Notes: generated from the letters alone by a model not told the origin. Positions 25,709-42,075 are shown, counted from the first letter of the whole stretch. The stretch is DNA of 56,077 nucleotides, filler included, from Jimgerdemannia flammicorona (GCA_003990765.1; 3 parts of 3 records of this genome joined end to end with filler, not necessarily neighbours in it), one strand, 5' to 3'. Made by a program: numbers and translations.

Positions 25709-27178
25709 TGGGTAGAGGTATCTGAAGGAGAGTTTTGAACCGGGAATCTGCGAGGTATATAGTCTTGTGTTGGAAGATTGATCGTTGAAGTGGAAGGTGC
25801 GACAATGCTGGGACGCTGATGGCAATGGACTTTTACTGTAGTTTCTTTTCTTTTTTTTTTCCTACTGTTTGCTTACCTTTTTACCCCACTATTTCGCTCT
25901 CCACGTGTACTTTTTTGCATATATTCTGCCATCATAGTTTCTAAATACTTACACAATGGTTACAAAGATGTTTCGTTCATGATTGTCCAACTCTGGACAC
26001 TATCATATTACAACTCTCTAGCATACATACTGCGTCTTTAATGGCTGCAAGGGGGGTTTTTTTTTTGACGTTCTCAGATAAATGCCAGATATTGTGCAAT
26101 CATGTCTAGGTGTGATTTTCATCACATTATAGGTCATATGTGATCTTTTCTTTATATTATTGAATCATGTGTTCATATCTTTATATCTTTATATTTGTAT
26201 TATTTTATATAAGAGAGTTGCTATATAAGAGAGCTTTATTATAGTTAATTATTTTTAGTATTTTTATTTTTACTAATTTTAAGATTTTATTAAAATATTT
26301 ATCTCTTAGATAGTATATGAGAATGTCTTTTTAGCAGTGATTTTTTTATTAAAAAATCTGACTTTTTCAAGTTTACATTTTCTGTTAAAAATATAACTCA
26401 ATTTATCTAATTTTAATTTTTTTTTTTTTTTTTTTTTTAAATTTTATCCAAAGGTAAAAAAAAAGTATAAAAAATCAATAGTTAAAAAGTTATTATGATT
26501 TTCAGACTTATGAATTTTCAAAAATTTGTAGCCAAATTTGGCTGCATTATTAGTATATTATATTTTAATTATAATTTTAAATTTTTTTTTTTTTTAATTT
26601 TTAGAGTTAGTTATAGATAAGACTAAATATAAAAATATTATTTTTAAAGATCTATTATTAGAATATTTAAACTTTTATTAAACCATTTTAATTTGAAATT
26701 TATTTACTTATATTATTATAAAAATATTTAATAGTTAATTTTAAATAATATCTAGACTACAACTTAATATAAATATTATAAAAAATATAATTTTATAACC
26801 TTTAACTCTATTTTAGAAATTTAAACTTAAAATTTGCTGATAAAATTTTATTTTTTATTTTTTTTTATATTTTATGAGTACTAGATCTCTAAATATATAT
26901 ATATTTTTTTTTTATTTATAACTATATTATATATTTTTTTCTAATTAAATTAGTTTTCAATCTTTAAAATATTTATTTAATTTTCATATTTCTATATTTA
27001 AAATTTTAATATATCTAGTAAATAGTAATTTAGTTATTATTTTTTATATTTAGTTATATAATTCTTACTTTATTAGTACTCTAAATAAGTCAATTTGAAT
27101 CAAATCCAGATTCAATTCATTATATAATAGTTTGACTTAAATCTTAAATCTGAAATAATCCAAATTAACTTAGATTAC

Positions 27179-27415
27179 ATCTGAATCACTCTATCTGAAT
27201 CACTATATCTAAATTACTCTATCTAAATTACTCTATCTGAATCACTCAATCTGAACTACTCAATCTGAACTACTCAATCTGAATCACTTAATCCAAATTA
27301 TTTAATCTAAATTATTTAATCTGAATCATTCAATTTAAATCATTTAATCTGAATTATTTAATCTAAATTACTCAATCTGAATTATCCCATCTGAATCCTC
27401 CAATCTAAATTCTCC
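27179..27415. repeat. 14-bp tandem repeat (atctgaatcactca-like), about 17 copies
   Basis: Directly visible periodicity. Confidence 0.9.
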
Positions 27416-27436
27416 ATATGACTCATATATTGGCAA

Positions 27437-27446
27437 ATATATATAT

Positions 27447-27478
<32 letters not shown>

Positions 27479-27564
27479 ATATAAATATATATATATATAA
27501 ATACATATATATACAAATATATATATATATGTAAAAATACATATGCAAATATATAAATATATAT
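27437..27564. repeat. Imperfect (TA)n microsatellite
   Basis: Directly visible. Confidence 0.9.
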
Positions 27565-28229
27565 CTCAACAGATTAGTCTTCAATAGTTTATAGTATTGA
27601 TAATACTTTAGTTAAACATTTTTGAAAGTTCCATACTTTCTATACAATTCTCACTCTAAAATCTAGTAGTATTATATTAAGACTAGAGATAATATTATTT
27701 GTAATTATTATAGATGAAAAATTAAAAAAAAGTTATATTTATAATATAACTGATGTTTTTATTTAACATACATATGGTGTTATTTTTAACTCCTATATAC
27801 TATATAGTCAGAAGTTCAAAATTCTTAGTAGGTTAACTTTAAATATATATTAATATATAAAAGACAAATATTCTAACAAAATCAAAAAGAATACAGAAGT
27901 AAATAAAATTGATATTTAAGTTGTAATAGATATATTTATCTAATTGTCTGACTAATTCTATATCAATAACTCTATTTAATTAAAAATATTTAGTCATATT
28001 CTTTTGTAAAATTTCAAAATCAACTTATTTACTAGATTATATATAGACAATCATTAAGAGTAACCAGTTACATAGTATCTTTGGTCTCCTCAAGTATGAT
28101 TTATATTTGCCAAGTGCTGACACTGTTTATAAAGATATTATAATAATCTTCACTAGATACTTTAGGTAAAATAAATAAATAAGAATAATACTGTAACTAT
28201 TATAGACTTAATTATATATATATATAAAG

Positions 28230-30045
28230 AGTTTACCAGTTTAATCTCACATTCTATAAATAGAATTTGATAGACAGAATTTTATTTACAATCAATACAT
28301 AGATATCTCCCAATGTAATTTTATTTCTGAGCATTTTCTTTTCTTCTTTACTGGCTGAAGTGATTCCTTAGATGATATCTTGAATAATCTGTTCTAACTC
28401 CATATCTTGATCTATTTCTTCACCTTGACTTTCTGTAGCAGTCTCTATCTGTTTTTCCATAGGGTTCTTCTTGGGTCTCCTTGGTGGTCTCTTGTAGGGT
28501 TATTTGCAGACATTTTTCTTAATAGTCTTAGCAGAGTAGGCTTTTCATTCTTCTTTATCTGATTCTCTAATTTCTTCAAAAATAATAGTATTGATCTGTT
28601 TCTTATTTTATATAGCATTGCTTAGCTGGGCCTTATGATTGGTTTCACTCATATATTTATATAAGTAGTAGTCTTCTTCTCCATAAGTATAGTAGGTATC
28701 TTTCTTCTTGTCTAAAGTAGCAGTAAACTTCTGAACTAGACAGTGGTCTCTTCTTCTAATTTTCTTTACCATATCTCCTAGATAGGCTATCATTTCAGTG
28801 AACTTCTTGACAAGTTCCTCCATAGGATCACTATTTCTCTATTACTTAGTAGCTCTTGACTAAGGTGTGTTTCAATTGATCACTGTAGTAGAGATTACAC
28901 TAGTTGTCTTAGGTGCTTTAATTCTAACTCTGGTAACTCTTTCTATTGTATAATTTTATAAGTGTCTGGCTATCTAGTATTGCTGGACATAGGTGACTTT
29001 TTGTGATAGATCTAGAACTATTAGTAATGAGTAGATAGCTAGGGTTATTTCTGAGTAAACTTCTTTATGAAAATTGCCTCAGCTACTTAATCTTAGATAG
29101 TAGTAGTATAATTTGCAAGGATTATCTGATATCAAATTCTGGTGTAGAATATATTTGGATCCTCACTTATTTCTTGATAAGTTATATTGAGCTGATTCTT
29201 TAGAGCTTACTTGATCTTATCTGTATAGTAGGTAGCTTGAAGCCAGGCCTTCTGTACTATTAGTACTACATTGTCATCATTTTCTATATGGATTATGACT
29301 ATAAATACTACTCTTACTGGTTCTTAGAGACTGAAGGGCAGGAGGACTACTTGCTGTATTGCTGTCAGAGTTCTTATAGTAATATACTGCTTGAAATTAT
29401 CAATGAAGGTAATTATTAATTTATCTGAAGTATATTTATAGAATACTGGTAGTCTTATATTAGATATTTTAATTTGATTTGTATGGTTGTTTAGGTGGTA
29501 GTAATTATTCATTATTTAGCTTGAAAGTGAGAGATTTATCTTGAATCATCAGCCAATAGATAACAAGTTATAATATAGCAAATGCCTAATCTTAGAAGTA
29601 TGGCAGATTTTTATATCTTGAAAACTTGACTCTTACAGAGTCCTTAGAGTATAGAAGAGTAAGTTCAAAGTATATCTACTCATAGACTTATTAGTTTTTT
29701 TGCTTTCTCTTTGCTTTGAACTATTTCAATCTGAGGTTTATTCACTCTAAGATACTGGATTATTTATACAAGTTTGCTAGCTATAAGGTGGCTAAGTTAT
29801 GACTATATTATAAGTCACTTTTTATAAATATTAATTCTTGATATCTGTTAAATCTTTGATAATTATCAAAACTTTTAACATCTGTAAATTCTTGATATTT
29901 ATGAAGAGTTTATTCATAAAAACTTTAATATTTGTGAAATGACTACTATTTATAAGACTATACTATATCAGAAATTGGGTTCAGGTACTATGATCAAATG
30001 TCTAATTTCTCTGATTTATATTACTAATTCAGATCAACCATCACA
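28230..30045 (-). mobile_element. Truncated, decayed Ty3/Gypsy element (5' LTR ~29569-30045 plus gag remnant)
   Basis: Leader gcttgaaagtgag..atcttgaatcatcagccaat matches 47683-47720 of the full-length element; gag start near 29512; eroded zinc knuckle DTYYTYGEEDYYLYKY (compare CFRCGEEGHYTKNC); LTR ends ...catcaca followed by atat. Confidence 0.7.
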
Positions 30046-32206
30046 ATATATTAAGCAGTTATTTGAGATATCTCTAAAGATATTCAATTGAATTAAGATC
30101 AGAGGACTATGCTAGTCAATCTAGCAAATAGATAGAATTATTCTTAAATCAGTTATATACTATATATCTTCAATATATATTTTAGATTATTATCTTATTA
30201 AAATATTACCTTCTTTTTATCTATTCTAAAGAATTTAATAGATTCTTTTAATTCATATTTAAGAATTTCTAAATATAGCTCTGAATTCAAATATCTATTA
30301 ATTCTACATATATATCTAATACTATAGTAACATATATATTTCTAAATTATAATTGATTCACTACTGAATTTTAATATTAGAGTTATATAATATTGCTTAA
30401 GCTATATCTCAGATCTCTTCTATATCTATTTTTATCTATCTGATTCCAAATAGTTGACTTTTATTTTATCTGAAAATATCACCTATTTCTAGTTATCTAT
30501 AGTTCAGTCCTTATATTTTTATATAAATTTATACTATAATTTAATATAGTGAAATAATAATAATAGTTTTTTCTACTTTACAAATAACTTCAAACTAGTA
30601 TCTTTTAATATTCAATATATTGTGGTTGTACTCACACTAGCTTGGCTCTCTTTTTGAAGAGTTTTTATAATATTTGCAATAGTTTCAACCTTACTACTAA
30701 ATGTCTAATAGATAATCTATAACTTATCTTAAGTAGAAAACTTTAGTAAATAATATATTTATATTATTACAATGTTTATTTCAGATATAGCTAACTAAAG
30801 TAATACTTATGCTAATTACTTTAGTAATCTTTTTTGCTAACTATCTGAAATTCAACCTATTGATAATAATGTTATAAATCTCAATAGATAGTTTTTGTAA
30901 TTTATATAAAAAATAAATATCAGTATAAATTTTTATATTATTTTTATATCAAAGATAATATTAAGAATAATATTATATATCACAGTTATATAAAAGATTG
31001 AGTGGGTTATATAAAATATTAAAATAGCAAAAATAGTAGTAAAAAAGCCAAAAAGATAACAATATATAGTATTAATATAAAAATTTATTATAAGTTAAAT
31101 AATAATAATATCAAAATGATATTTTAACTAATAGTAAAGAAAAATAAGAGATTTTGAAAAAATATAAGTTATATTTTATTATATTAATTATTTATAGAGA
31201 TATTATTTATAAAAGTAAAATTTTCAAAATATTATTATATATATGCTCTTTGCTCACTACTGATATATCTAATTATTTAAGATTATAAAATAAGATTAAA
31301 TTATATATATAACTAATTCTAGAATAAATAAAGATATTATTTATTAAATAAGTGAAAAATTAGAAGAATTTAAAAAATATAAAGTAAATATACTTATTAA
31401 TAGTAATATCTATCATCAGTAAAGAATTGAAAAATTATTTCAATTAAGCTCCTCAATTTAATTTAAATATATCTCAATTCAATTCAATTCAATTCAATTC
31501 AATTCAACCTCAATTTGATTTAATTCAAATTGATTTGATTCATTTGAAAGAGTTCACTTAATAGCAAAAATGCATGTCATTGTGGGTTTCTTCCCCCTGA
31601 AGATTCAGCCTCCGCTGGAGCGAAGAGGGACTTGATTATATGATACCAATTTGTGCAGTGTGTTTATACACATTCATCGCTGCAGCTGAGAAAAGCAATT
31701 AGAATGAATACGCCATGGTAATATGCACGGAGGAGAGAAAAATGTCCGACAAGAGGAAAAGGGGTTGACGTTGATGGATATCGATTAGCCTGGGAGCAGG
31801 GGAGAAAAAAAAAAAAAAAAGTGCAAGATATTTATTCGTGGTTTGTGCAAGGGGAAATAAAAGGCCAGGAAGCATGCAAAGGTATCGGCCACTGAAAGAA
31901 GCGTCATTATAAAAAGGAGTGAAGGATAAGCTATCTTTGCGGCCAATAAAAGTTTGGACACGAGATCATCAAAAGTGAATGGAAAATGCCTTCTATATAT
32001 TAGAAGAGAAGAAAGAAAAAGAGGAAGCCAGTAATTGAAAATGGAGAAGGGAAAGAAAAACAAATTACGTCAGTTGAAAGCCCAACACGACGATACAGGA
32101 AGCGTTCCAACACTGCAAAATCTAAGAAAAGAGAATTGCCGAAAGCGACGATAAAAATCGTCAAAAGAGTACTTTGCACCTATGCCACATTATTGCCTTC
32201 TCCTCT

Positions 32207-33701
32207 TTAAATGTGTGTATCAGACAACTTCTGCGACAATTCTTTCTCTTCCTTTTCTTCCTCTTTGTTTGCCTTACTGACCGGCTCCGAATTTGCCTCC
32301 ATGTCGGCAGACTCGACAACTCGGTCCCCCTTCTCTTTCTTCCCTTCCTCTTCCTCCTCCTCCTCCTCCTCCTCCTCCTCCTCCTCCTCGCTCTCATCCT
32401 CCATGTCATCGAGCTCGTCCAACGCGTCCTGGTGTCCATATTGTTCCAACGCAGCCACGACCGACATGATGGCGTTGTGGTCGGCACGTAGACGGTTCCC
32501 GTTCAGCTGGAGCGTGACGAGGTTGGGAAGGTTGGCGGCGATGGCTTTGGCGAGGCGCGCGATGGCGTCGGACTCGATCTCATTGTAGGACAGATTCACG
32601 TCCTCGAGGGCGCGGTTCTTGCCGAGGATGAGGGCATCCGCGATGGCGACGCCACCCTTGTTAGAGAGCAGACACTCGCCAACGTTGAGGCGGCGGAGGT
32701 GTGACCAGGAAGGTAGAGCCTCGGCGAGGGCAAGGCAGCCGCGCTCCGTGAAGGTATTATCCTGCAGATCCAACACGCGAAGGTTGGGGTTCTTGAAGAG
32801 GCCGCGGGTGAGGTGGCGGATGCCGTCGGGGCGGATGCCATTCTGCGGCATACAGACCTCGACGAGTGTGCCATGAGCGGCGAAGGCGTTGGCGAGGGCC
32901 TCCGAGGAACCATCTTCGAGACGGTTGCGACCGCAGATAATGGTGCGGAGGGACGATACGCGGTTGTCGGCGCGGGCTTTTTCGGCGTTGGCGAGAAGAG
33001 CCTTGGCGATCATGGTGCCACCGCCGACGCCGAGGCCATTGTTGTTTAGGCGGAGAATTTGGAGGGAGCGGGTATGGGTAAGGAAATCGACCATTGGCTC
33101 GGCGCCGGCGGGGCCAAAAGCATTATCGCTTAAATTGAGTTCGATGAGATGCTCCTTGTCTTTCAGTGCGCCACCCAAGGCCTTGAGGACGAGCGGGATC
33201 TCTTCGCGGAGGCGGCCGGTGAAGATATCGGAGAAATTGGCAACCTAGGAACGGGAGTATAAAACCACGGTCAGCAAGACAGGCGAAAGAAAGATGTGTA
33301 CGCACGCGTCAAATTGCGCTTTTTTTTTTTTTTCTTTTGATAAAGGTATCAATTCAAGAATTTCTCCATATTAACCCTCTCACACACGCGCATCAACCGA
33401 CGCCACACGCGCATCAACCGACCTAACAACATTCTATGATCCTCAGGCTGACGTTGCACTCTTAGTATCCAACCGTACAAACCTTGATGTGCTTAGCATC
33501 CTTCAGCACCTCTGCGATGGCCCTCCCAGCCTCCACGCCGAAGGTGTTTCCGCTCAACTTAATCTCCTCGAGGGTCCTCATGCCCGAGATGGCTTCGACG
33601 AAGGGCTGGACGTCAGCAGCTGTCTCAAGTTTCAGGCCTTTACCCTCGATAGAGAAGATATTATCGGTGACCGTAAAACTGTCGATTTTAGGGGCGGGCA
33701 T
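32207..33701 (-). CDS. RNA1: Ran GTPase-activating protein (LRR plus acidic tail); exons 33701-33483 and 33244-32207
   Basis: FSIEGKGLKL, LSGNTFGVEA, FSDIFTGRLREEIP, LSDNAFGP, LNNNGLG, CGRNRLEDG, LDLQDNTFT and a poly-Glu tail are typical RanGAP features; phase-0 GT-AG intron. Confidence 0.95.
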
Positions 33702-33778
33702 CGTGTCGTGATTTTGATGCGTACGGAGAGAGAGGGTCGGCGTTCGCCTTGGTGGCGAAACTTTTCAAATTCTGATAA

Positions 33779-33786
33779 TGACGTCA
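33779..33786. promoter_or_regulatory. TGACGTCA palindrome upstream of RNA1
   Basis: Exact 8-mer about 77 nt before the minus-strand ATG at 33701. Confidence 0.5.
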
Positions 33787-33967
33787 CTCGGAGTGTCAAT
33801 CCCGACTTTTTATTGTTATCCATCCACACTACGTACTTTACTGCGAACACGCATTGCAGACGAAAAGAAAAGATTTTGACACAAGCGTAAATTTTGATAG
33901 AAAAGAAGGATAAAGATGTGACATTTGAGCCATAGACTCATTTCCCCCCTCCCTCCCTCCCAAACGT

Positions 33968-37016
<3,049 letters not shown>

Positions 37017-37188
37017 TGTTGTGGTTTTCGTCGATGGCGGTGTGCTTGCACCTTCAGTAAGTTGGAAAGCCACCAGCAAAGAGCCATGTTTGTTGACATG
37101 CTCTTTATGGGTCATTTGATTGCACGTCACAGACCCAAGAATTAAAACCATTATTGACATGAATTTACCACCCAATAACTTTCATACA

Positions 37189-37246
37189 ATGTCCCCACCT
37201 GTTGCTCCCCTCCGTGTTGCATTCGTGCATCCAGACCTTGGCATCG
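37189..37246 (+). CDS. ALG2: Alpha-1,3/1,6-mannosyltransferase ALG2, first exon only (rest lost in gap)
   Basis: MSPPVAPLRVAFVHPDLGIG followed by a gtgagt donor; HPDLGIGGAER is the ALG2 N-terminal signature. Confidence 0.8.
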
Positions 37247-37312
37247 GTGAGTTACGTTTTCGACGCGACCTCGGGGCAAGGGACGCAGGGAAAGTTACCC
37301 TCGTTGAGCAGA

Positions 37313-37313
<1 letters not shown>

Positions 37314-37355
<42 letters not shown>
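37314..37355. repeat. (GT)n microsatellite at contig end
   Basis: Directly visible. Confidence 0.95.
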
Positions 37356-37455
37356 NNNNNNNNNNNNNNNNNNNNNNNNNNNNNNNNNNNNNNNNNNNNT
37401 TAATTAATTAANNNNNNNNNNNNNNNNNNNNNNNNNNNNNNNNNNNNNNNNNNNN
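37356..37455. other. Assembly gap with artificial six-frame-stop linker
   Basis: N44-TTAATTAATTAA-N44. Confidence 0.97.
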
Positions 37456-37523
37456 TTTTTTGCATTTGAATACTCTTGCATGTGTGTGCATTGATAACGC
37501 CATTCCAACTTCGTTTTAACCAG

Positions 37524-38066
37524 CCACTCTGTTCTCGCTGGTCTCTCCGGCATTCTCGCCCTCGGCCTTGGTGACTCCATGGTAAGCATCCCCTCTCTGC
37601 TTTCTCAATTCCTTCAACTTACAAATACTTAAAAAATCCTCTCCCATACTTTTCAAAGGCCTCCATTGTTGGTAAGTATCTCGGCCGCCACCGCTGGCCA
37701 GGCACGAATAAGACTGTCGAAGGCACCACCGCTTACGTGGCGAGCGTGCTGCTGGGGTCGGTCGTTATTGCGTGGGTCGCGACCAGGGTCGCCGGCATGA
37801 AGGAGGTCATGGGCGCGGGCGCGTGGGTACGCTACGCGGGAGCGGTGGGAATTACAGGTTAGCTTTGTTTCGAATTTTATTTCTTCTTCCGAGTATGTTG
37901 TGGAAGAGAGTCGTGTGATGTATTTGCCGATCGCTGATGTCGCTTCCTCTTTTATTTATCGTTAATTTGGTTGTACCTCGCAGGCGTCCTGGAGGCTGTT
38001 TCGCTTCAGAACGACAACGTCACAATACCGTTATTTGCGTATGCTGCTATGTGTTTGTGTGTTTGA
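37524..38066 (+). CDS. SEC59: Dolichol kinase, last three exons (5' part lost in gap)
   Basis: Spliced LAGLSGILALGLGDSM|ASIVGKYLGRHRWPGTNKTVEGT...|VLEAVSLQNDNVTIPL matches the dolichol kinase CTP-binding C-terminus (GxGDxxASxxG..W..KTxEG; QxDN). Confidence 0.88.
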
Positions 38067-38357
38067 AATTGGGGGGGATATGGGAGTTTCTTGTTTGCTC
38101 TACATGTTCAATTGTTGCCGCCACTTAATTTTATCGGCGTAAGCTATACATTATAGATAATCACAATAAATGAAGCACTGTTTTGCCACCTGCGGGATTG
38201 TATGTGAAATGAAGCGAACATTACGTAGCAACTGCCCGCCGTAGATCAACTCCTCGCATTGGTCGCGGAACTGCTTGACGCAATGAATGCTTTGGGATTA
38301 TCAATGAATGGATCGAAAGCAGCGTGATCTTCTACCGTATTCGACTCGAACAGTGGG

Positions 38358-38358
<1 letters not shown>

Positions 38359-38423
<65 letters not shown>
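38359..38423. repeat. Long poly(T) tract (~65 nt)
   Basis: Directly visible. Confidence 0.95.
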
Positions 38424-38424
<1 letters not shown>

Positions 38425-38986
38425 GTTCATTTTTCCATAGTAATTATATTGATATAGCTCGAAAAAAAAGAAAAATGACTGCTAGTTTGTCTACATTACC
38501 TCTCTGGTTCACAACCTATTGTAAAATACTCAAAAATCGAAGTTGCTCGTGGCTGCAGTGGAAATCCCTGTAATCTGTAGTGCTATCATTGAGTTACATG
38601 AAATCACAGATGGCTTGATAGTATTGATCATTAAAGCTGCAGTCAAAGTTTGAGTTGGAAGGTTAGCATTTTGGTGATAAAAATAACTGTGATCAATTTC
38701 TACATTTTAGATAGATGTAGTAGTTACATATTGATCATTCAATTAAAGATCTCTAGTATCATTTCTATTTACTACTATATATAAAGTAATAAGCTGAATG
38801 TTTCTGATAGCATTGATATCTCTGTTTCAGATTATAGTATATTTTTATATTTTAGTATAATATAAAAAGTTATCCTCAGTATAGATGTATGTATTTTAAG
38901 ATTATAGTTCAGTACTTAGAGTATACTCTAAAAAATTAAAATTCAGAGATACTAATGAGTATTAAATTGTTTAAGCAGTTATATTT

Positions 38987-39323
38987 AGTACTTAGAATAA
39001 ATTGAATTAAATTAAATTTGACTCTAATTCAATTTGATTCAAAGTTCAATTCAAATCTAATTTTTCAAAATTCAATAACTTAATCAAAATATATCTAAAT
39101 TTAATAAATTTTAGCTTATTAGATATACTTCATTATAATAAATATAGTATAATAAAGAATATTAAATTTAGATATATTTTTATTAATTTATTATATTTTG
39201 AAGTTAGAATAAAAATTTGAATTAAATTAGACCTCAATTTGATTTAAATTAAATTAAATTAGATCTTAATTTGATTTAAACTTAACTGAAAATTTAAATT
39301 GATTCAATTTATTTAAGAGTACT
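38987..39323. mobile_element. MITE-like element with ~23-bp terminal inverted repeats
   Basis: agtacttagaataaattgaatt ... gattcaatttatttaagagtact, with subterminal aatt/gatt pentamer repeats. Confidence 0.55.
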
Positions 39324-39456
39324 AGTTATATTATTAGAGAGTATAAAATAATATCAATGAGATATTAGCTATTTTTTCTTTTATTATAGATATCTTTAAA
39401 GACTAAAATAGTATATCTTAGTTTATTGTAAAATTCTATATACTTCTATTTTATAT

Positions 39457-42064
39457 TGTCATGTAGTGGTCACTGAGTCCTTCAAATACACCAGATTCTC
39501 TTCAAGATGTATCTCTTAGACTAACTCAAGTTTGTTATAAGCAAGTTCTTATTGGAGTGCCTTTCTAAGGTCTTATAGTTCTCAAATTTCTTATCTTTAA
39601 ACTGTCTTGTTATCTCTTAGATTACTTGTAAGGAAGTATGTATATTGCACTGAGAAGAACTGACTTTATTCCAGAGGAAATAAGAGGGGTATTTATACAA
39701 AATATAATTCAATGGTTGCTAAGATATAAAGCTAAATATAAATTCTAATAACTATAATAAAATGTCAAGATAGGAAAAACTGCTAAGTTTCAGGGTCAGT
39801 ACTGATAGTTATACAGGTTTAGGATGCTGGTATAATTCAGTATCATATCAGAATACTGGTGCTGGCATTATTAAGTATTATATCAAATACTGGTGCTGGC
39901 ATTATTTAGTATTATATCAAATACCAGTACTGGCATTATTCAGTATAATAAGAGACTTAGAGCAGAATGTTCAAGATTATAGGAGCTTCATCCTCATCAT
40001 CAGAGGTCAGGATGTCTTCAAAGGAGATGAGGTCTACAAACATTTCATCAAGGTCATGTAGGTCATGTATTTCACGTATGTTGAAGTTGTGCAGAATGAT
40101 GTTATCACCAATGACATCATCACATTCAGTAGTAGGGAAATTGAGAACAAGGAGATCTGGAGCTCTTTAGTCTATAAGGTTCTCTTCCACAAAATAGGGG
40201 ACAAATGTGGGGTCTTGGGGAGGTCTAACCTGGATGCTTGGACCTTAGAATACTAAGATCAACCCTTGCAGGAATTGGTCTGGGTTGTTCTGGAGGATAG
40301 GGTGCCAGAAGTCTTCTACTTCATCACTATTGAGAGTAATAGTAGACTGGGCTTCTGTAGCTACCCTGGCTTCTAGTGCATTGATATGGTGGGATGACAG
40401 GTCTCTGAAATCTGATACTCCAAGTTGGAGATTGACCATGGTGTATACCTGAAGATCTGGTGGATCTTCTTAGCTGTCCTTATTTTGTATATATCCATGA
40501 GAGTGGCATCTTGTAGCTCTTGAGTGCTGGTCTGTGGGAACTCCCAACAGAGGAGGTTTCCTATTTCATACTCTTACCACATTTGGAGATATTTGGTAGT
40601 AATGGTGATCATTATTTCCATTTTACAGTAGTAGAGGATATAGTGATAAGAGTCACCAGTATCTAGGTTGACACTAGGAGTCCTTCTTGAGCAGGTCCTT
40701 ATAGCTCTTCTGATATCTTGGAACATCCTTTCTTCAACTGAGGTGCCTTGGTAGTTCCTTGACCTTGAGGTTTGGTGGGCAGCAGGCATTTTGTTTGTGG
40801 TAAGTCTTTGATGGACCAAACAGTTGGCTCCGCATCTAAGCCACCAGGATGGTGAGCTTCTCAAGTTTTGGAGGCTACAAATATAGGCTCCAAGGAGTAC
40901 CGACAGGTGTACCTCATCCCTTAGGTATAGGAGTCCCGCCTGGTCTTTTCGGTGTAGCCATAGCTTCTAGTTTCAGCAAGTTACAAGGATTTCAAGAATT
41001 TCGGGGCAAGATGGGCAAAACGACACAGGCAAGATGGACAAGATGGGCAACATGGGTAACATGGGCAATACGGGCAAGACAGGTAAGACGGGTAAGATGG
41101 TAAGATAGGCAACATAGGCAAGACAGGCAAAACCGGCAAAACAACACAGGCAAGATAGGTAAGATGGGCAAGACGGGTAAGATGGGCAAAATGGGCAAAA
41201 CAGGCAAGATGGGTAACATAGGCAAGATGGCAAGATGGGCGACATGGGCAAGATGGGCGACATGGGTAAGACGGGCAAAACGGGCAAAACGACATAGGCA
41301 AGACCGGCAAAACGGGCAAGATGGGTAATATGGGCAAGATGGCAAGATGGGCGACATGGGCAAGATGGGCAAAACAGGCAAAATGACAGGGCAAGACCGG
41401 CAAAGCAGGCAAGATGGGCAACATGGGTAAGACAAGATGGGTGACATGGGCAAGATGGGCAAAATGGGCAAAACGACAGGCAAGATGGGCAAGATGGGTG
41501 AGACGGGCAAGATGGGTAAGATGGGTAAGACGGGTAACACGGGCAAGATGGGCAAGATGGGCAAGACAGCAAGATGGGCGACATGGGCAAGACAGGCAAA
41601 ACGGGCAAAACGACATGGGCAAGATGGGCAAAATGGGCAAAACAGGCAAGATGGGCAAAATGGGCAAGATGGGCAAAATGGGCAAAACGAGCAAGATGGG
41701 CATAATGGGCAAGACAGGCATAATGGGCAAAACGGGCAAGATGGGCAACACAGGCAAGACGGCAAGATGGGCGATATAGGCAAGATGGGCAAAATGGGCA
41801 AAATGATATGGGCAAGACTGGCAAAATGAGTGGTAAGTCTTTGAGCTATTTTGGGATTGGTGGGTCTTGTTGGTTGCTGCTACTGCAGTTCCTTGATCCT
41901 TCTTTTATATTCCTCAAGATACTTATACTGTAGTCATAATGACTTACAGTTGGTCATCATTGCTCATCTCATATACCATATGATCTTCTTATACTCTGAT
42001 CTGGTAGCTTGTAAGGAAAGACTGTCTCCTGTGCTGATGTTATTATTTTAGAGTCACTGTTACA
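39457..42064 (-). repeat. 3' LTR (contains a ~1 kb insertion)
   Basis: Aligns with 47731-49318 apart from 40812-41844. Confidence 0.93.
41003..41828. repeat. 9-bp-period minisatellite (gggcaagat / gggcaaaat / gggcaaaac) within the LTR insertion
   Basis: About 90 degenerate units; explains the LPI/CPS/AHL and GKM/GQD/WAR ORFs in the track. Confidence 0.95.
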
Positions 42065-42075
42065 TCTTCCTCCTG
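42065..42075 (-). other. Polypurine tract
   Basis: Minus strand aggaggaaga immediately precedes the 3' LTR start tgtaac. Confidence 0.7.

Larger units (their letters stand above)
27074..31560. mobile_element. Heavily decayed AT-rich TIR-type DNA transposon remnant (interrupted by a Gypsy fragment)
   Basis: Both ends have aattc/gattc/aatttga pentamer-like subterminal repeats like the small TIR element at 38987-39323; left end tagtactctaaataa; no readable transposase. Confidence 0.35.

Noticed and set aside
40973..41829. Cys/Pro-rich, metallothionein-like or collagen-like proteins
   Set aside because: Open frames follow from the 9-bp repeat lacking stops; no independent sign of a gene.
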